A DNA stretch of 64,000 bases from Pseudomonadota bacterium (GTDB lineage Bacteria; Myxococcota; JACRCW01; JAFGSX01). The stretch covers positions 1 to 64,000 of the forward strand of contig JBDRCO010000111.1 of assembly GCA_043821645.1 (NCBI GenBank), written 5' to 3'. Below the pieces are notes generated by a model, which ran no database searches, was not told the origin of the DNA, and was given only the letters and a program-made list of their open reading frames with translations. A program made the position numbers and the translations under genes. Shown here piece by piece: positions 1-9,433 of this stretch (its first letter is position 1; every line of letters starts with the position of its first letter).

Positions 1-258
1 GGCCAGCAGCTCGACGAATTGCTCGGCCTGGCTGAAGGTCTCCTCGAGCTGCAGTGCGGTCACGCGTACCACGGCGTGCATGTTCTCGACGTACAGACGT
101 GCGCCGTCCCGCTCGAAGCGCAGGGCGATCCCGGCCGCCGCGGCCAGCAGCAGCAGGATGGCCACCACGGCGGCGATGAGCAACACGGCGCGCTCCCGCG
201 CCCATTGTGGCGGGGTGTCGACGGAGGACAGGGCTGGCGGCGCACCTTTGCGTGGCAT
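1..258 (-). CDS. N-terminal part of a membrane protein, possibly a sensor kinase; runs off the left edge
   Basis: Not in the ORF track. Manual translation from ATG at 258 gives MPRKGAPP...AVLLIAAVVAILLLLAAAAGIALRFERDGARLYVENMHAVVRVTALQLEETFSQAEQFVELLA, open to base 1. A TM helix followed by an amphipathic helix is typical of periplasmic sensor N-termini. Confidence 0.55.
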   Translation of the reverse strand, partial: MPRKGAPPALSSVDTPPQWARERAVLLIAAVVAILLLLAAAAGIALRFERDGARLYVENMHAVVRVTALQLEETFSQAEQFVELLA

Positions 259-442
259 TCCGTGAGGCACTCCGCCGGGGATCTACGCCACAGGGCCATG
301 GTCCCTGGCAAGGTGGCGCTGCATTTCTCCCCGTGCTGGTTCCAGAATCCACATGAGCCGCACTGCTACTGCCGGGGTATGCCCCGTTTGAATCCACAGC
401 CTGCCTGGTCGTCAATACCTCATGGAGAGTCTGAGATGGTTG

Positions 443-458
443 TGGCATGAATCTGGCA
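443..458 (+). promoter_or_regulatory. Putative sigma54 (-24/-12) promoter for the cytochrome c3 gene
   Basis: TGGCATGAATCTGGCA has exact GG-N10-GC spacing and lies about 100 bp upstream of ATG 556. Confidence 0.5.
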
Positions 459-555
459 GCAGGAATCTCAGCTCAGTGTAGGCCTCTGGCCATCACGGCC
501 AGTGTGCATGACCCGGGATAAAAACCCGCCCCCGAGGGCCCAGAGGAGATGACAG

Positions 556-927
556 ATGAAGAAGCTCATGTACCTGCTCGCGAGCCTGCTGCTGGCTGCC
601 GTGGCTTTTGCCGCCACAGCCAAGGACGCCCCCGAGAAGACCACCATCGACGCCTGCAAGGCCAAGAAGCCGGCCGTGGTCTTTCCGCACAAGGCACACG
701 TGGACAAGGGCACTGCCTGCGACAAGTGCCACCATACCCAGAAGGGTCTCAAGGCTGGCGCCGCGGACGAGGTCAAGAAGTGTGCGAGCTGCCACCTCGA
801 CCCCAAGGACAAGGCGCTGAGCTGCAAGGAGATGAGCCCGGCCAAGAACCCCTACCACAAGCTCTGCATCGACTGCCACAAGGCCGAGAAGAAGGGCCCG
901 GCCAAGTGCGCTGAGTGCCATAAATAA
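556..927 (+). CDS. Tetraheme class III cytochrome c (cytochrome c3 family)
   Basis: Sec signal peptide; four CxxCH motifs (CDKCH, CASCH, CIDCH, CAECH); distal His in FPHKAH, CHH and YHKLC; Lys-rich; AGGAG RBS upstream. Confidence 0.92.
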   Translation: MKKLMYLLASLLLAAVAFAATAKDAPEKTTIDACKAKKPAVVFPHKAHVDKGTACDKCHHTQKGLKAGAADEVKKCASCHLDPKDKALSCKEMSPAKNPYHKLCIDCHKAEKKGPAKCAECHK

Positions 928-933
928 TATCAG

Positions 934-1215
934 GGGGCGTTCGGCACGCCCCCTCTGCCGCTGGAATGAATCCAGCGGCATTCACCCCTGGCAGCAGCGG
1001 AGATATGTGTCGGGGGCTGAATCGGGCGTTCGGCACCCCCCCACAGCCCAAGGGAAGTAACCAGCGGCAATCCCCCCGCGCCGCCGCTGAGATCTGCGGC
1101 GGGGTCTGAAGCGGGCGTTCGGCACGCCCCCTCTGCCGCTGGAATGAATCCAGCGGCATTCACCCCTGGCAGCAGCTGAGATGCGTGCTGGGGGCTGAAT
1201 CGGGCGTTCGGCACC
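934..1215. repeat. Tandem array of 89-bp units containing REP-like palindromes (3 full units plus a 4th core)
   Basis: GGGCGTTCGGCAC starts at 935, 1024, 1113 and 1202. Hairpins GGGGCGT-TCGGC-ACGCCCC and GCCGCTGGA-ATGAA-TCCAGCGGC occur in units 1 and 3. Confidence 0.9.
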
Positions 1216-1245
1216 GCGGACGAACCCTCTTGAAGTGACTGTGAG

Positions 1246-1280
1246 AGCGCCGGGAGCGATCCTGGCGCTTTCTTTTTTTT
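1246..1280 (+). terminator. Rho-independent terminator
   Basis: AGCGCCGGGA-GCGA-TCCTGGCGCT stem-loop (one G-U pair) followed by TTCTTTTTTTT. Confidence 0.85.
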
Positions 1281-1304
1281 ACCAGCTGTTCGCATGCTCC
1301 GCGG

Positions 1305-1814
1305 ATGAACGCGTCTGCTGATATCCAGCTGCGACCTGCCCGGGTCGAGGACCTGGCTGCCGTGCATGCGCTGAACCAGGCCTGCCGGCCCGCCCTGGGC
1401 GACGAGGTCCTGGGTTTCATGCTGCACTGGCAGCAACAGGCGCATTACTTCCAGGTCGCCTGGGCAGGTGACAGCTTTGCGGGCTTCTTGCTGGGCATGC
1501 TCCCCGACGATGACTACGGCAGCGTCAACTTCCAGTGGTTTCGTCGTCACCTCGATCGCTTCTTCTATATCGACCGCGTGGCAGTGGTTCCGGCGTTCCA
1601 GCGGCGCGGGGTGGGTCGCCTGCTGTACCACGACGTCGAGCGGTGGTCGCGGCAGCGCCAGCTCGAGCGCATCACCTGCGAGGTCAACATCCGACCTCTT
1701 AACCAGGACTCTCTGGACTTCCACCAGGCGCTGGGTTTTGCCGTCGTGGGCGAGCAGGACACGGAAGCTGGCCACAAGCGGGTCGCGCTCATGGTGCGCG
1801 AGCTGGGCGCCTGA
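1305..1814 (+). CDS. GNAT family N-acetyltransferase
   Basis: FYIDRVAVVPAFQRRGVGRLLY acetyl-CoA motif A; CEVN..P.N..SL.FH..LGF. Confidence 0.88.
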   Translation: MNASADIQLRPARVEDLAAVHALNQACRPALGDEVLGFMLHWQQQAHYFQVAWAGDSFAGFLLGMLPDDDYGSVNFQWFRRHLDRFFYIDRVAVVPAFQRRGVGRLLYHDVERWSRQRQLERITCEVNIRPLNQDSLDFHQALGFAVVGEQDTEAGHKRVALMVRELGA

Positions 1815-1888
1815 GCGCTTGTGAGCTGTCGACAACGTCGGCTACAGTGCCGCGGCCGCGAGGACCGTGCAGGCCACAGGAGCAAGCG

Positions 1889-3298
1889 ATGACCGAGGAA
1901 CAGAAGACCGAGCAGCAGGTCTGGTACAAGGAAGTCACCCAGCCCTTCATCGACCTGGTGCATGCACCGCGGGCGCTGTGGGGCATCAACCTGGCCTATG
2001 TGCTCGAGGGCATGTGCTACTTCGGCATCCTCGGCTACCTGGCCATGTACTTCAACGAGTACGTGCAGCTCGACGACGTGTGGGCCGGTCGCATGGTGGG
2101 GGTGCTGACCGCTGGCATCACCATCTCGATGTTCTTCCTGGGTGGCATCGCCGACAAGAAGGGCGTGCGCTTTGCCCTGATCACGGCCTTCCTGCTGCTG
2201 CTGGCCGGGCGCATCATCATGTCGCTGGCGCCGCTGGTGGCACCGGGCTCGGGCCTGTGGTCGCCGGTGCACCTGGTGGTGATGCTGGGCATCGTCCTGG
2301 TGGTCATCGGCTACGGGCTGTACCAGCCGGGGGCCTACGCGGCGGTGCGCCAGTTCACCACGCCCAAGACCTCGGCCATGGGCTTCGCGATGCTGTACGC
2401 CCTGATGAACCTGGGCGGCTGGCTGCCGAGCTTCATGGGTTTCGTGCGCGAGCGCGTGGGCATGAACGGCGCCTTCTGGGTCTACACCAGCATCACGGTG
2501 CTGGGGCTGTTGACGACGCTGCTGTTGCTGTCCCGGAGCACCGTCGACAAGACCATCGCCGACGCCAAGGCAGAGACCGAGCGCATCCAGGCCGAGGAAA
2601 AAAAGGGAACCAGCGAGGAGAAAAAGGAGGAGGCTGCACCGACCCGCACACCCTCGACCGAGGGTGGGGTCCTGGGCTGGCTCAAGAACCACCCACTGGC
2701 GGATCCCAAGTTCGCCTTCTTCATCTTCTGCCTGATCCCGGTGCAGACCCTGTTCGCCCACAACTGGCTGACCCTGCCCATGTATGTCGAGCGCGCGTTC
2801 AGTGGCTCGTTCATCGGCAAGTACTTCGAGTTTGCGGTCAACCTCAACCCCATCCTGATCTTCATCTTCGTGCCCATGGTCACCGCCCTGACCCAGAAGC
2901 GAAAGGTCTACACGATGATGGTCATCGGGACCTTCGTCATGGCGGCGCCCACCTTCTTGCTGGTGCTCGGACCAAAGGCCTGGACCCTGCTCGCCTTCAT
3001 TCTCCTGATGACCATAGGCGAGGCTATGTGGCAGCCGCGCTTCTTGCAGTATGCCGCCGAGATCGCGCCCGAGGGCCGCACCGGCGCATACATGGGGGTG
3101 GCGCAGTTCCCCTGGTTCCTGACCAAGGTCATCGTGCCCATCTACTCGGGCTGGTTCCTGCAGCGCTACTGCCCGGCCGAGGGCGTGCAGAACACCGAGA
3201 CCATGTGGTTCATCTACGGGCTCATCGCCATGTCGTCGACGGTGATGCTGATCCTGGCCCGGGGATGGGTGGGTAAGGACTTCAAGACCAAGGCCTGA
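1889..3298 (+). CDS. MFS transporter, POT/peptide-transporter-like
   Basis: About 12 hydrophobic segments; GGIADKKGVR motif A; GFAMLYALMNLGG; AGGAG RBS before ATG 1889. Confidence 0.85.
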   Translation: MTEEQKTEQQVWYKEVTQPFIDLVHAPRALWGINLAYVLEGMCYFGILGYLAMYFNEYVQLDDVWAGRMVGVLTAGITISMFFLGGIADKKGVRFALITAFLLLLAGRIIMSLAPLVAPGSGLWSPVHLVVMLGIVLVVIGYGLYQPGAYAAVRQFTTPKTSAMGFAMLYALMNLGGWLPSFMGFVRERVGMNGAFWVYTSITVLGLLTTLLLLSRSTVDKTIADAKAETERIQAEEKKGTSEEKKEEAAPTRTPSTEGGVLGWLKNHPLADPKFAFFIFCLIPVQTLFAHNWLTLPMYVERAFSGSFIGKYFEFAVNLNPILIFIFVPMVTALTQKRKVYTMMVIGTFVMAAPTFLLVLGPKAWTLLAFILLMTIGEAMWQPRFLQYAAEIAPEGRTGAYMGVAQFPWFLTKVIVPIYSGWFLQRYCPAEGVQNTETMWFIYGLIAMSSTVMLILARGWVGKDFKTKA

Positions 3299-3487
3299 GC
3301 GCGGTGCCGGTCTCCTGCCATCTGTACCTGGGGCCGTGACGTCGAGCGTGCGTCGCGCACTCGGGGTGCGCTTGGCGCTTGACCGCCACGGCTACCAGTG
3401 CTGTGACAGGCGGGTCTGAGCTCGCAGCATCCAACGCGCGCCGCGTCTGCGGATCCCCAAACGCGACGCCCTGACCAGGAGGCTCTC

Positions 3488-4132
3488 ATGCGCATCGTTC
3501 TGTTCGGACCTCCGGGCGCCGGCAAGGGCACCCAGGCCAAGAAGCTCGTCGACAGTCTGCAGGTGCCCCAGATCTCGACCGGCGACATCCTTCGCGCGGC
3601 CAAGAAGGAAGGTACACCCATGGGCAAGAAGGCGGCCGAGTTCATGGACGCCGGCAAGCTGGTCCCCGACGAGGTGGTCATCGGCATCATCGATGAGCGA
3701 ACCACCAAGCCGGACTGCAGCAAGGGCTTCATGCTGGATGGTTTTCCCCGCACCATCCCCCAGGCCGAGGCTCTGGGCGCCATGCTGGGCAAGCGCAATC
3801 AGAAGATCGATCACGTGGTCAGTCTCGAGGTCGACGACGGAGCTCTGGTGCAGCGGTTGACCCGCCGTCGCTCCTGCCCGACCTGCGGCCACATCTACCA
3901 CCTGGACTTCTCACCGCCCAAGACGGCCGGAAAGTGCGACCACGACGGGGCCGAGCTGACGCACCGGGCGGATGACCAGGAGGGTGCCATCCGCGAGCGG
4001 CTCAGCGTCTTTCACAGCCAGACCTCGCCACTCAAGGATTTTTACAAGAAGGCCGGCCTGCTGCGCGAGGTTCCCGGCGAGGGCAAGCCCGATCAGGTCT
4101 TCGGCGCCGTGCGCAAGGCCCTGGGTCTGTAG
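3488..4132 (+). CDS. adk: Adenylate kinase
   Basis: GPPGAGKGTQA P-loop, ISTGDILR, LDGFPRT, and a LID with CPTC...CDHD zinc-type ligands. Confidence 0.97.
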   Translation: MRIVLFGPPGAGKGTQAKKLVDSLQVPQISTGDILRAAKKEGTPMGKKAAEFMDAGKLVPDEVVIGIIDERTTKPDCSKGFMLDGFPRTIPQAEALGAMLGKRNQKIDHVVSLEVDDGALVQRLTRRRSCPTCGHIYHLDFSPPKTAGKCDHDGAELTHRADDQEGAIRERLSVFHSQTSPLKDFYKKAGLLREVPGEGKPDQVFGAVRKALGL

Positions 4133-4258
4133 GCTCCGGCTCCGTCCTCTCCGCTTGCTCAGCGCACGCCCCCGCCTCATATGGAAGATTGCGCCTGACG
4201 CGAGACATCTCTACGATAGGCCAGGAGCGGTCCCGGACCCCCGTTGCGCGAGGATGGA

Positions 4259-4843
4259 ATGGATCAACGCAAACCGCCGCGCAAGGCCCCTCCCCCTCCG
4301 AGGCGTGCCAGTCTTCTAGAACGAGGGAGTTTCACCGAGCGCAAGTCTGCGAGTCTGCAGGGCCTCGGTCCGCGCGGGCCTCGTGGTCTCGGTCATGCGC
4401 TGGTTGCCGCACGACTGATCGACGAGGACGAGGCACCCGCGCCCTTCTTGCAGGACCTGCTCGGAGATCTGCTCGAACTCCTGGGTGACGAGCCCACCTT
4501 GCCCCGACCGCGCGATGTGAAGGCGGCCAATCCCCTGGCTCTCGAGATTCACCTGCGTAACGCGCTCGAAGTCTTTCAGCGGAGGCACAAGCTGTGCCCG
4601 TCCGGCCGCTTTGATCGTCCGACGCTGATGGAGCTCGCTCGCCAGGATCTGGTCGACCAGCCACGCTTCATCAAGAAGCCTGCAGATATCCCCATGCCCG
4701 CGAGCATGGGCGCACGCTCCCAGAATAAGCCTTCTCCGGGAGGCTCAACCTCGTCGAGCGGCACCGCGCCGGCGACTCCTTCTGCGCCGAGCACGCCAGC
4801 TGCGCGTCCTGTCGCCGGGGGGGTCAAGCGCGGGCTGACCTGA
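4259..4843 (+). CDS. Hypothetical protein with a peptidoglycan-binding-like (PG_binding_1) segment
   Basis: ALEVFQRRHKLCPSGRFDRPTLMEL resembles the AV..FQ..GL..G..D..T..L consensus; Pro/Ser-rich tail. Confidence 0.5.
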   Translation: MDQRKPPRKAPPPPRRASLLERGSFTERKSASLQGLGPRGPRGLGHALVAARLIDEDEAPAPFLQDLLGDLLELLGDEPTLPRPRDVKAANPLALEIHLRNALEVFQRRHKLCPSGRFDRPTLMELARQDLVDQPRFIKKPADIPMPASMGARSQNKPSPGGSTSSSGTAPATPSAPSTPAARPVAGGVKRGLT

Positions 4844-4883
4844 GATCTTTGGCGCCCATCTCCGCCTGGGGTCCCACAAGGAG

Positions 4884-6530
4884 CTAGCGTCGGCGCTTCT
4901 TGCGCTTTGCGGCGGGTACGGGCGCAGTGGGGTTCTCGCTTGCCTTGGCCGTCGAAGGAATGGCCGGCAATGTCGCCGAACCTCGTCGACGATCCCACTC
5001 TGCCTGGCCGAGGCAGAACGCGGCGGCGAGTAGGCACAGCCAACCAAATAAATTGCCGACCAGACTGTACACGGTGCGCCCGGACATCATGGGCGCCTCG
5101 CCCACCACGTTTTCGCGGGTCCACTGGCCACTAAGAGCGGTGAAGCGGCCCACAGGATCGACGATGGCGCTGAGACCGGTGTTGGTGGAGCGGATGAGAG
5201 GGCGGCGGTGCTCGATGGCGCGAAAGCTCGCCAGCACGAGGTGCTCGGTGGGCTCGACCGTGTCGCCGTACCAGGAGTCGTTGGTGATGTTGACGATGGC
5301 GTGGGGCAGTCTTTCCCCGGCGCCGTCCGAGGTCATGAGCATGCGCACCAGCCCCGGAAAAAGGTCCTCGTAACAGATGTTGACCGATAGCAGATAGCGG
5401 CCGAAGGGCAGCGGATGTGAGGTCTGGCCGTGGTAGTAGCGCGCCGAGTTTGGTGACCACTTGTAGAGAAAGGGGAAGGTATCGCCCAGCGGGATGTACT
5501 CACCGAAGGGTACCAGCACGTGCTTGTCGTAGCTGCCGAGCACCTTGCGCTCGGCGTCGGCGAGGAGGGCGCTGTTGTAGCGCCGGCTCTGACCATCGAC
5601 GCGTTCGACCGTGAGTGCACCGAAGAGCAGCGGGGTGGTCAGGGTTCCCATCACTCGCGAGGTCAGGCGGGCGATACCCTTGTCGAGGTATGCGTTGTAC
5701 GCACCCTCGGGCCACACGATGAGGTCGACCTTGTGTTGATCTTGTAGCTCGGTCGACATCTCGTGATGCAATCGCAAGAAGCCCTGGCGATCGCGATGCT
5801 TGGCGCTAGCCCCGAGGTTGCTCTGCACCAGGCCAACGGTGATCTTGGGCGCCTGGGCCACCGCCGCGTCGACCTGGGACAGGCGCACCGCGCCATAGCC
5901 GAGGACCGCGATCAACCCCACAGCAAAGATCGCAAGCTGGAGTCGAGGCAGGTCACCCCGGGTGAGGCGCCACTCGACGACGCCGAACAGCGCGGCGTTG
6001 ATCCAGACCAGCACGAAGGTCACGCCGAGGATGCCCGTGACGTCGGCGATCTGGGTCAGCCACAGCACCTTGTACTGGCTGGCGCCAAGGTAGTTCGGAA
6101 AGATGAAGGGGTAGAAGACCTCGATGGCGGTCCACAGCAGTGGGGCCAGCCACAGGGTGGACCAGCCGGTGGCCTGCTGGATGCGGCGCAGGCCGAGGCC
6201 CCACAGGGCGATGCTCAGCGCATTGACCGCCCCCATGAGAAGCGTCGCCAGCACGCCCACTGCCCAGGGCATGTAGGCGAAGTCGTGCATCATGTGGGCG
6301 ACCCAGTAGAAGCCTCCGCTGTGCCCTACCGTGCCCATGACCCAGCACAGGAAGAAGGCCCGCCGCGGCGTGGCGTCGCGGATCACCCACAGCAGCGGCA
6401 CCAGGAATAGCCACTCGAGGTAGAACTGGTCGAAGCCCGCGTAGCCCAGAAAGCCCAGCACGCCGCTGAGCACGGCGAGCAGCCAGGGCTGCCATTTCTT
6501 CAGACGTGAGGGCTGCGTGGTCTCGTTCAT
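4884..6530 (-). CDS. lnt: Apolipoprotein N-acyltransferase
   Basis: N-terminal TM helices plus nitrilase-fold triad: WPEG, YDKHVLVPFGEYIP, NICYED; also NDSWY and RSTNTG. Confidence 0.95.
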   Translation of the reverse strand: MNETTQPSRLKKWQPWLLAVLSGVLGFLGYAGFDQFYLEWLFLVPLLWVIRDATPRRAFFLCWVMGTVGHSGGFYWVAHMMHDFAYMPWAVGVLATLLMGAVNALSIALWGLGLRRIQQATGWSTLWLAPLLWTAIEVFYPFIFPNYLGASQYKVLWLTQIADVTGILGVTFVLVWINAALFGVVEWRLTRGDLPRLQLAIFAVGLIAVLGYGAVRLSQVDAAVAQAPKITVGLVQSNLGASAKHRDRQGFLRLHHEMSTELQDQHKVDLIVWPEGAYNAYLDKGIARLTSRVMGTLTTPLLFGALTVERVDGQSRRYNSALLADAERKVLGSYDKHVLVPFGEYIPLGDTFPFLYKWSPNSARYYHGQTSHPLPFGRYLLSVNICYEDLFPGLVRMLMTSDGAGERLPHAIVNITNDSWYGDTVEPTEHLVLASFRAIEHRRPLIRSTNTGLSAIVDPVGRFTALSGQWTRENVVGEAPMMSGRTVYSLVGNLFGWLCLLAAAFCLGQAEWDRRRGSATLPAIPSTAKASENPTAPVPAAKRKKRRR

Positions 6531-6596
6531 CGTCGGGCCATATAACAGGGCAGGGTGGGCGCGGGCCAGCGCCGCGTGGTGGACGCTGAATCCCGT

Positions 6597-7220
6597 TCAG
6601 ACATCGCCGCTGGCGTCGAGCGGAATCGCCGCGTCCTCGCTGGCGGCATCTGGCAGGACGGGCAGGTCTTCGCCGGTGACGTCGATGGCGGAGCTGTCCT
6701 GAACCACGACATCCTCGGCACCCGCGTCTCCGCTGGCGTCCTCGACGGTCGCGTCCACGGCTGCGTCGAACCGTGCCGCGTCGGCGGTCACCCCGTCCGT
6801 GGACCCGGCGTCGAGCTCGATGGGCCGCGGCGGGCGTGGCTGCACCGCGAAGCTGTAGGTGTCCGGAGCCAGGGCCGGATCGCGTCCAAGGTTGCCGTCC
6901 TCGTCGCTGGCCTCGAGCGAATAGTAGATGCGCGTCGCGCGCAGCGGGCCGGGAATCCTGCATTGCCACAGGTCCTGAGCGTCGCCGGGCTCGAGCTCGA
7001 CACGGATGGGTGCTGCGGCCAGGCCGGTCTGGTAGCTCAGGCGGACCCAGACCACGCGTCTGTCGTCGCGCACCACGGCGTTCACGTTGAAAGGTCCGGT
7101 GGGGTCCACGCTGTCGCCGGCGATCAGGGTCTCGACGAAGAAGGGCGGCGAGGTGTCGCCGCAGCCCACGCCCAGCAGCGCCAGCACTGCCATGCCCATC
7201 CACCTGCTCATGGCGCGCAT
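6597..7220 (-). CDS. Hypothetical lipoprotein with an Ig-like domain and Asp-periodic tail
   Basis: Lipobox-like LGVGC; IYYSLEASDEDGN strand motif; C-terminal DAG/DAA/DAS repeats. Confidence 0.7.
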   Translation of the reverse strand: MRAMSRWMGMAVLALLGVGCGDTSPPFFVETLIAGDSVDPTGPFNVNAVVRDDRRVVWVRLSYQTGLAAAPIRVELEPGDAQDLWQCRIPGPLRATRIYYSLEASDEDGNLGRDPALAPDTYSFAVQPRPPRPIELDAGSTDGVTADAARFDAAVDATVEDASGDAGAEDVVVQDSSAIDVTGEDLPVLPDAASEDAAIPLDASGDV

Positions 7221-7355
7221 TATAGCCAAGGCCCTGCCGGGAGCCAGCGTGACGCCTGCAGCGCTCGAGCTGCCCGGGCCAGGAGGTCGGACCAACGATC
7301 CTCCTTCCATCTCACTGCTCCTCTCCGTCGAGAGCGGACTCGCTCGAGGTCTGGC

Positions 7356-8498
7356 TCACCACGCGGAGAGCTCCCCCACCACCAGGGCGGGTTGCTGGCC
7401 CTGCGCATCGCGACCTTCCTGCAGCCTGAGGTGGCGGGCCTGGAGAGTCTGCGCTGGCGCCACGGATACAAAGGAGCCCGCGAGACCGGATGCGATGGGT
7501 GTCCACGCCTGTCCGTCGACGGATGCCGACAGGGTCACGGACTGGAACAGACCCCGCAACACCACCAGCTCCAGCGTGCGGATCGTGCCCAGGTCGAGCT
7601 GCGCGGAGCCAGTCGCCTCGGTGATGAGTTCGACCGCGCCGTCGCTCAGCGGGCAATCACTGGTGTGCGTTTGCCCCGCCAGCACACAGGCCGTGCCGCG
7701 GGACGCGGGCGCTCCGGCGGAACCGGCAAAGGCGACGGCACCCGAATACAGCGCGAAGGAATCGACCTGGCGGTCCAGGGCGTCGTTGGAGAAACGGGCA
7801 TGAACCCGGGCCGTGCCGTGCATATCCTCGAGCACGCGCGTATCGACACGGTCGGGCGGCTGACTCCACACCAGCTGGCCCTGCGCGTCGACGAACTCGA
7901 TCTGCATTTCTTGCGGCGAGGTGCAGGCGCGCCTGGTCGGCTGCTCGAGCTGGACCACCAGCTGCCCTTCCCCGGGCACCAGCGCAAGCGCAGGTTCCCA
8001 CAGCCTGAAATCCGGCAAGGCCACGTGCTGTCGGCGAAAGCGCGCCCACGCAACGAACGAGGGCCTGGCCATGCCATCCGTCGAGGTGGGCAGGCCTGCG
8101 AACAGCACAAAGGTTCGATCGAAGCCAAGGCTGCCCGAGGTGTCCTGCTCGGGCATGGTCAGGTCAAAGCGTCCTTCCGCGTCGAGGGTGAGCCTCTGGT
8201 AGTCGCTGCAATCCACGCTCGACAGGTCGTCGCTGAGGCAGCTGAGCCCCAGCGTCACGACCGCCGAAAAGAGATCCGCGAGTGTGGGTGGTTCCTCGAG
8301 CAGCACGTGACCAGGTACCGGGGTGCCATCCTGGTGGAGGACCCTGCCGTCGATGGCGATGGTGCTGTTCGAGGTGGCCCCGGGCTCGTTCGATGAATCC
8401 CAGCACTGGCTCTCGTCCGGAGGTGGGGTGCAAGCGCCTAGTCCTCGCAGCGCGAGCACTGCAAGGAACAGCGAGAGGTGGCGCCTGGCAGGCATCAT
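7356..8498 (-). CDS. Hypothetical lipoprotein, possible C-terminal discoidin-like beta-sandwich
   Basis: LGAC lipobox; C-terminal LSDG...LDLG...SVDGQAWT...ARHLRL pattern. Start approximate. Confidence 0.6.
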   Translation of the reverse strand: MMPARRHLSLFLAVLALRGLGACTPPPDESQCWDSSNEPGATSNSTIAIDGRVLHQDGTPVPGHVLLEEPPTLADLFSAVVTLGLSCLSDDLSSVDCSDYQRLTLDAEGRFDLTMPEQDTSGSLGFDRTFVLFAGLPTSTDGMARPSFVAWARFRRQHVALPDFRLWEPALALVPGEGQLVVQLEQPTRRACTSPQEMQIEFVDAQGQLVWSQPPDRVDTRVLEDMHGTARVHARFSNDALDRQVDSFALYSGAVAFAGSAGAPASRGTACVLAGQTHTSDCPLSDGAVELITEATGSAQLDLGTIRTLELVVLRGLFQSVTLSASVDGQAWTPIASGLAGSFVSVAPAQTLQARHLRLQEGRDAQGQQPALVVGELSAW

Positions 8499-8652
8499 GC
8501 AGGTGGCGAGGTATCGTTGCCTGCGGCGCTGCTGGGCGGGGTGGTGAGGACGAGTGAGCATGCGGAGAGTATAAGCGTGGGCCGTGGCCCGGGCCAGTGA
8601 GCCGGCGCGTGTGCGAGTTTTCGAGAGTCCTATGCGCCGCTCGAGGCTGCTT

Positions 8653-8681
8653 TTGACAGCCTTCCGGGCCTGCTATAGAAC
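8653..8681 (+). promoter_or_regulatory. Putative sigma70 promoter of the GT2/heptose operon
   Basis: TTGACA (8653-8658), 17-bp spacer, TAGAAC (8676-8681), about 30 bp upstream of ATG 8711. Confidence 0.6.
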
Positions 8682-8710
8682 CTGCCCGTCCCGCACAGCC
8701 GTGGTTCAGC

Positions 8711-9433
8711 ATGCATCGTGAGCACTCCATCTCCCTGGTCATCCCGACGCACAACGAGGCGTCGGGGTTGCAGCGCGTGCTGCACAGCGTTCCCGCTGCG
8801 GTCGACGAGGTGGTGGTGGTGGACTGGCGATCGCAGGACGAGACCGTGGCCATCGCGAGGGCATGTGGTGCCCGGGTCATCGAGGAGCCGCGGCAGGGCT
8901 ATGGCCGCGCCTACCTCACGGGTGTGCCCGCGAGCAGGGGTGAGATCGTGGTGACGCTGGACGCCGACGGCACCTACCCGGCGGACCGCATCCTCGAGAT
9001 TATCGATCGCCTGCTCGATGAGAGCCTCGCGTTCATCTCGGCGGCGCGCTTGCCACTGGGCGACCGAGCAAGCATGAACACCGTCAACCTCATCGGCAAT
9101 CGCCTGCTGACCACGGCCGCCAATACCTTGTTCGCAGTTCAGCTGTCCGATCTGCTGTCGGGGATGTGGGTCTTCAAGCGCGAGGTGTGGAGCCAGCTCG
9201 GGCTTCGGTGCGGGGACTGGAACCTGTCGCAGGAGGTCAAGCTGCGGGCGCTGCGCAGCCTGGGAGCTGGTTTTGCCGAGCACTGGATCCCCTACGCCGC
9301 TCGCGTCGGCGAGAGCAAGCTGTCGGCCTGGCGCGTGGGTGCCGAGAACCTCCGGCATCTGTTCCAGCTTCGCCGCGAGATCGGCCCGGCCCGAAGGTCC
9401 GCGCATGCCCGGGGCCCGCAGAGAAACGCATGA
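8711..9433 (+). CDS. Glycosyltransferase family 2, DPM1/polyprenol-phosphate sugar synthase-like
   Basis: SLVIPTHNE, GYGRAYLTG, LDADGTYP, GNRLLT, DLLSGM, RVGESKL. Confidence 0.88.
   Translation: MHREHSISLVIPTHNEASGLQRVLHSVPAAVDEVVVVDWRSQDETVAIARACGARVIEEPRQGYGRAYLTGVPASRGEIVVTLDADGTYPADRILEIIDRLLDESLAFISAARLPLGDRASMNTVNLIGNRLLTTAANTLFAVQLSDLLSGMWVFKREVWSQLGLRCGDWNLSQEVKLRALRSLGAGFAEHWIPYAARVGESKLSAWRVGAENLRHLFQLRREIGPARRSAHARGPQRNA

Noticed and set aside
1024-1112. Diversity-generating retroelement TR/VR pair
   Set aside because: Substitutions hit T, A, G and C positions of unit 1 rather than adenines on one strand; the region is non-coding and no reverse transcriptase is present.
934-1215. 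CRISPR array
   Set aside because: The would-be spacers are homologous to each other (units 1 and 3 nearly identical), the invariant core is only 13 bp, and there are no cas genes in the window.
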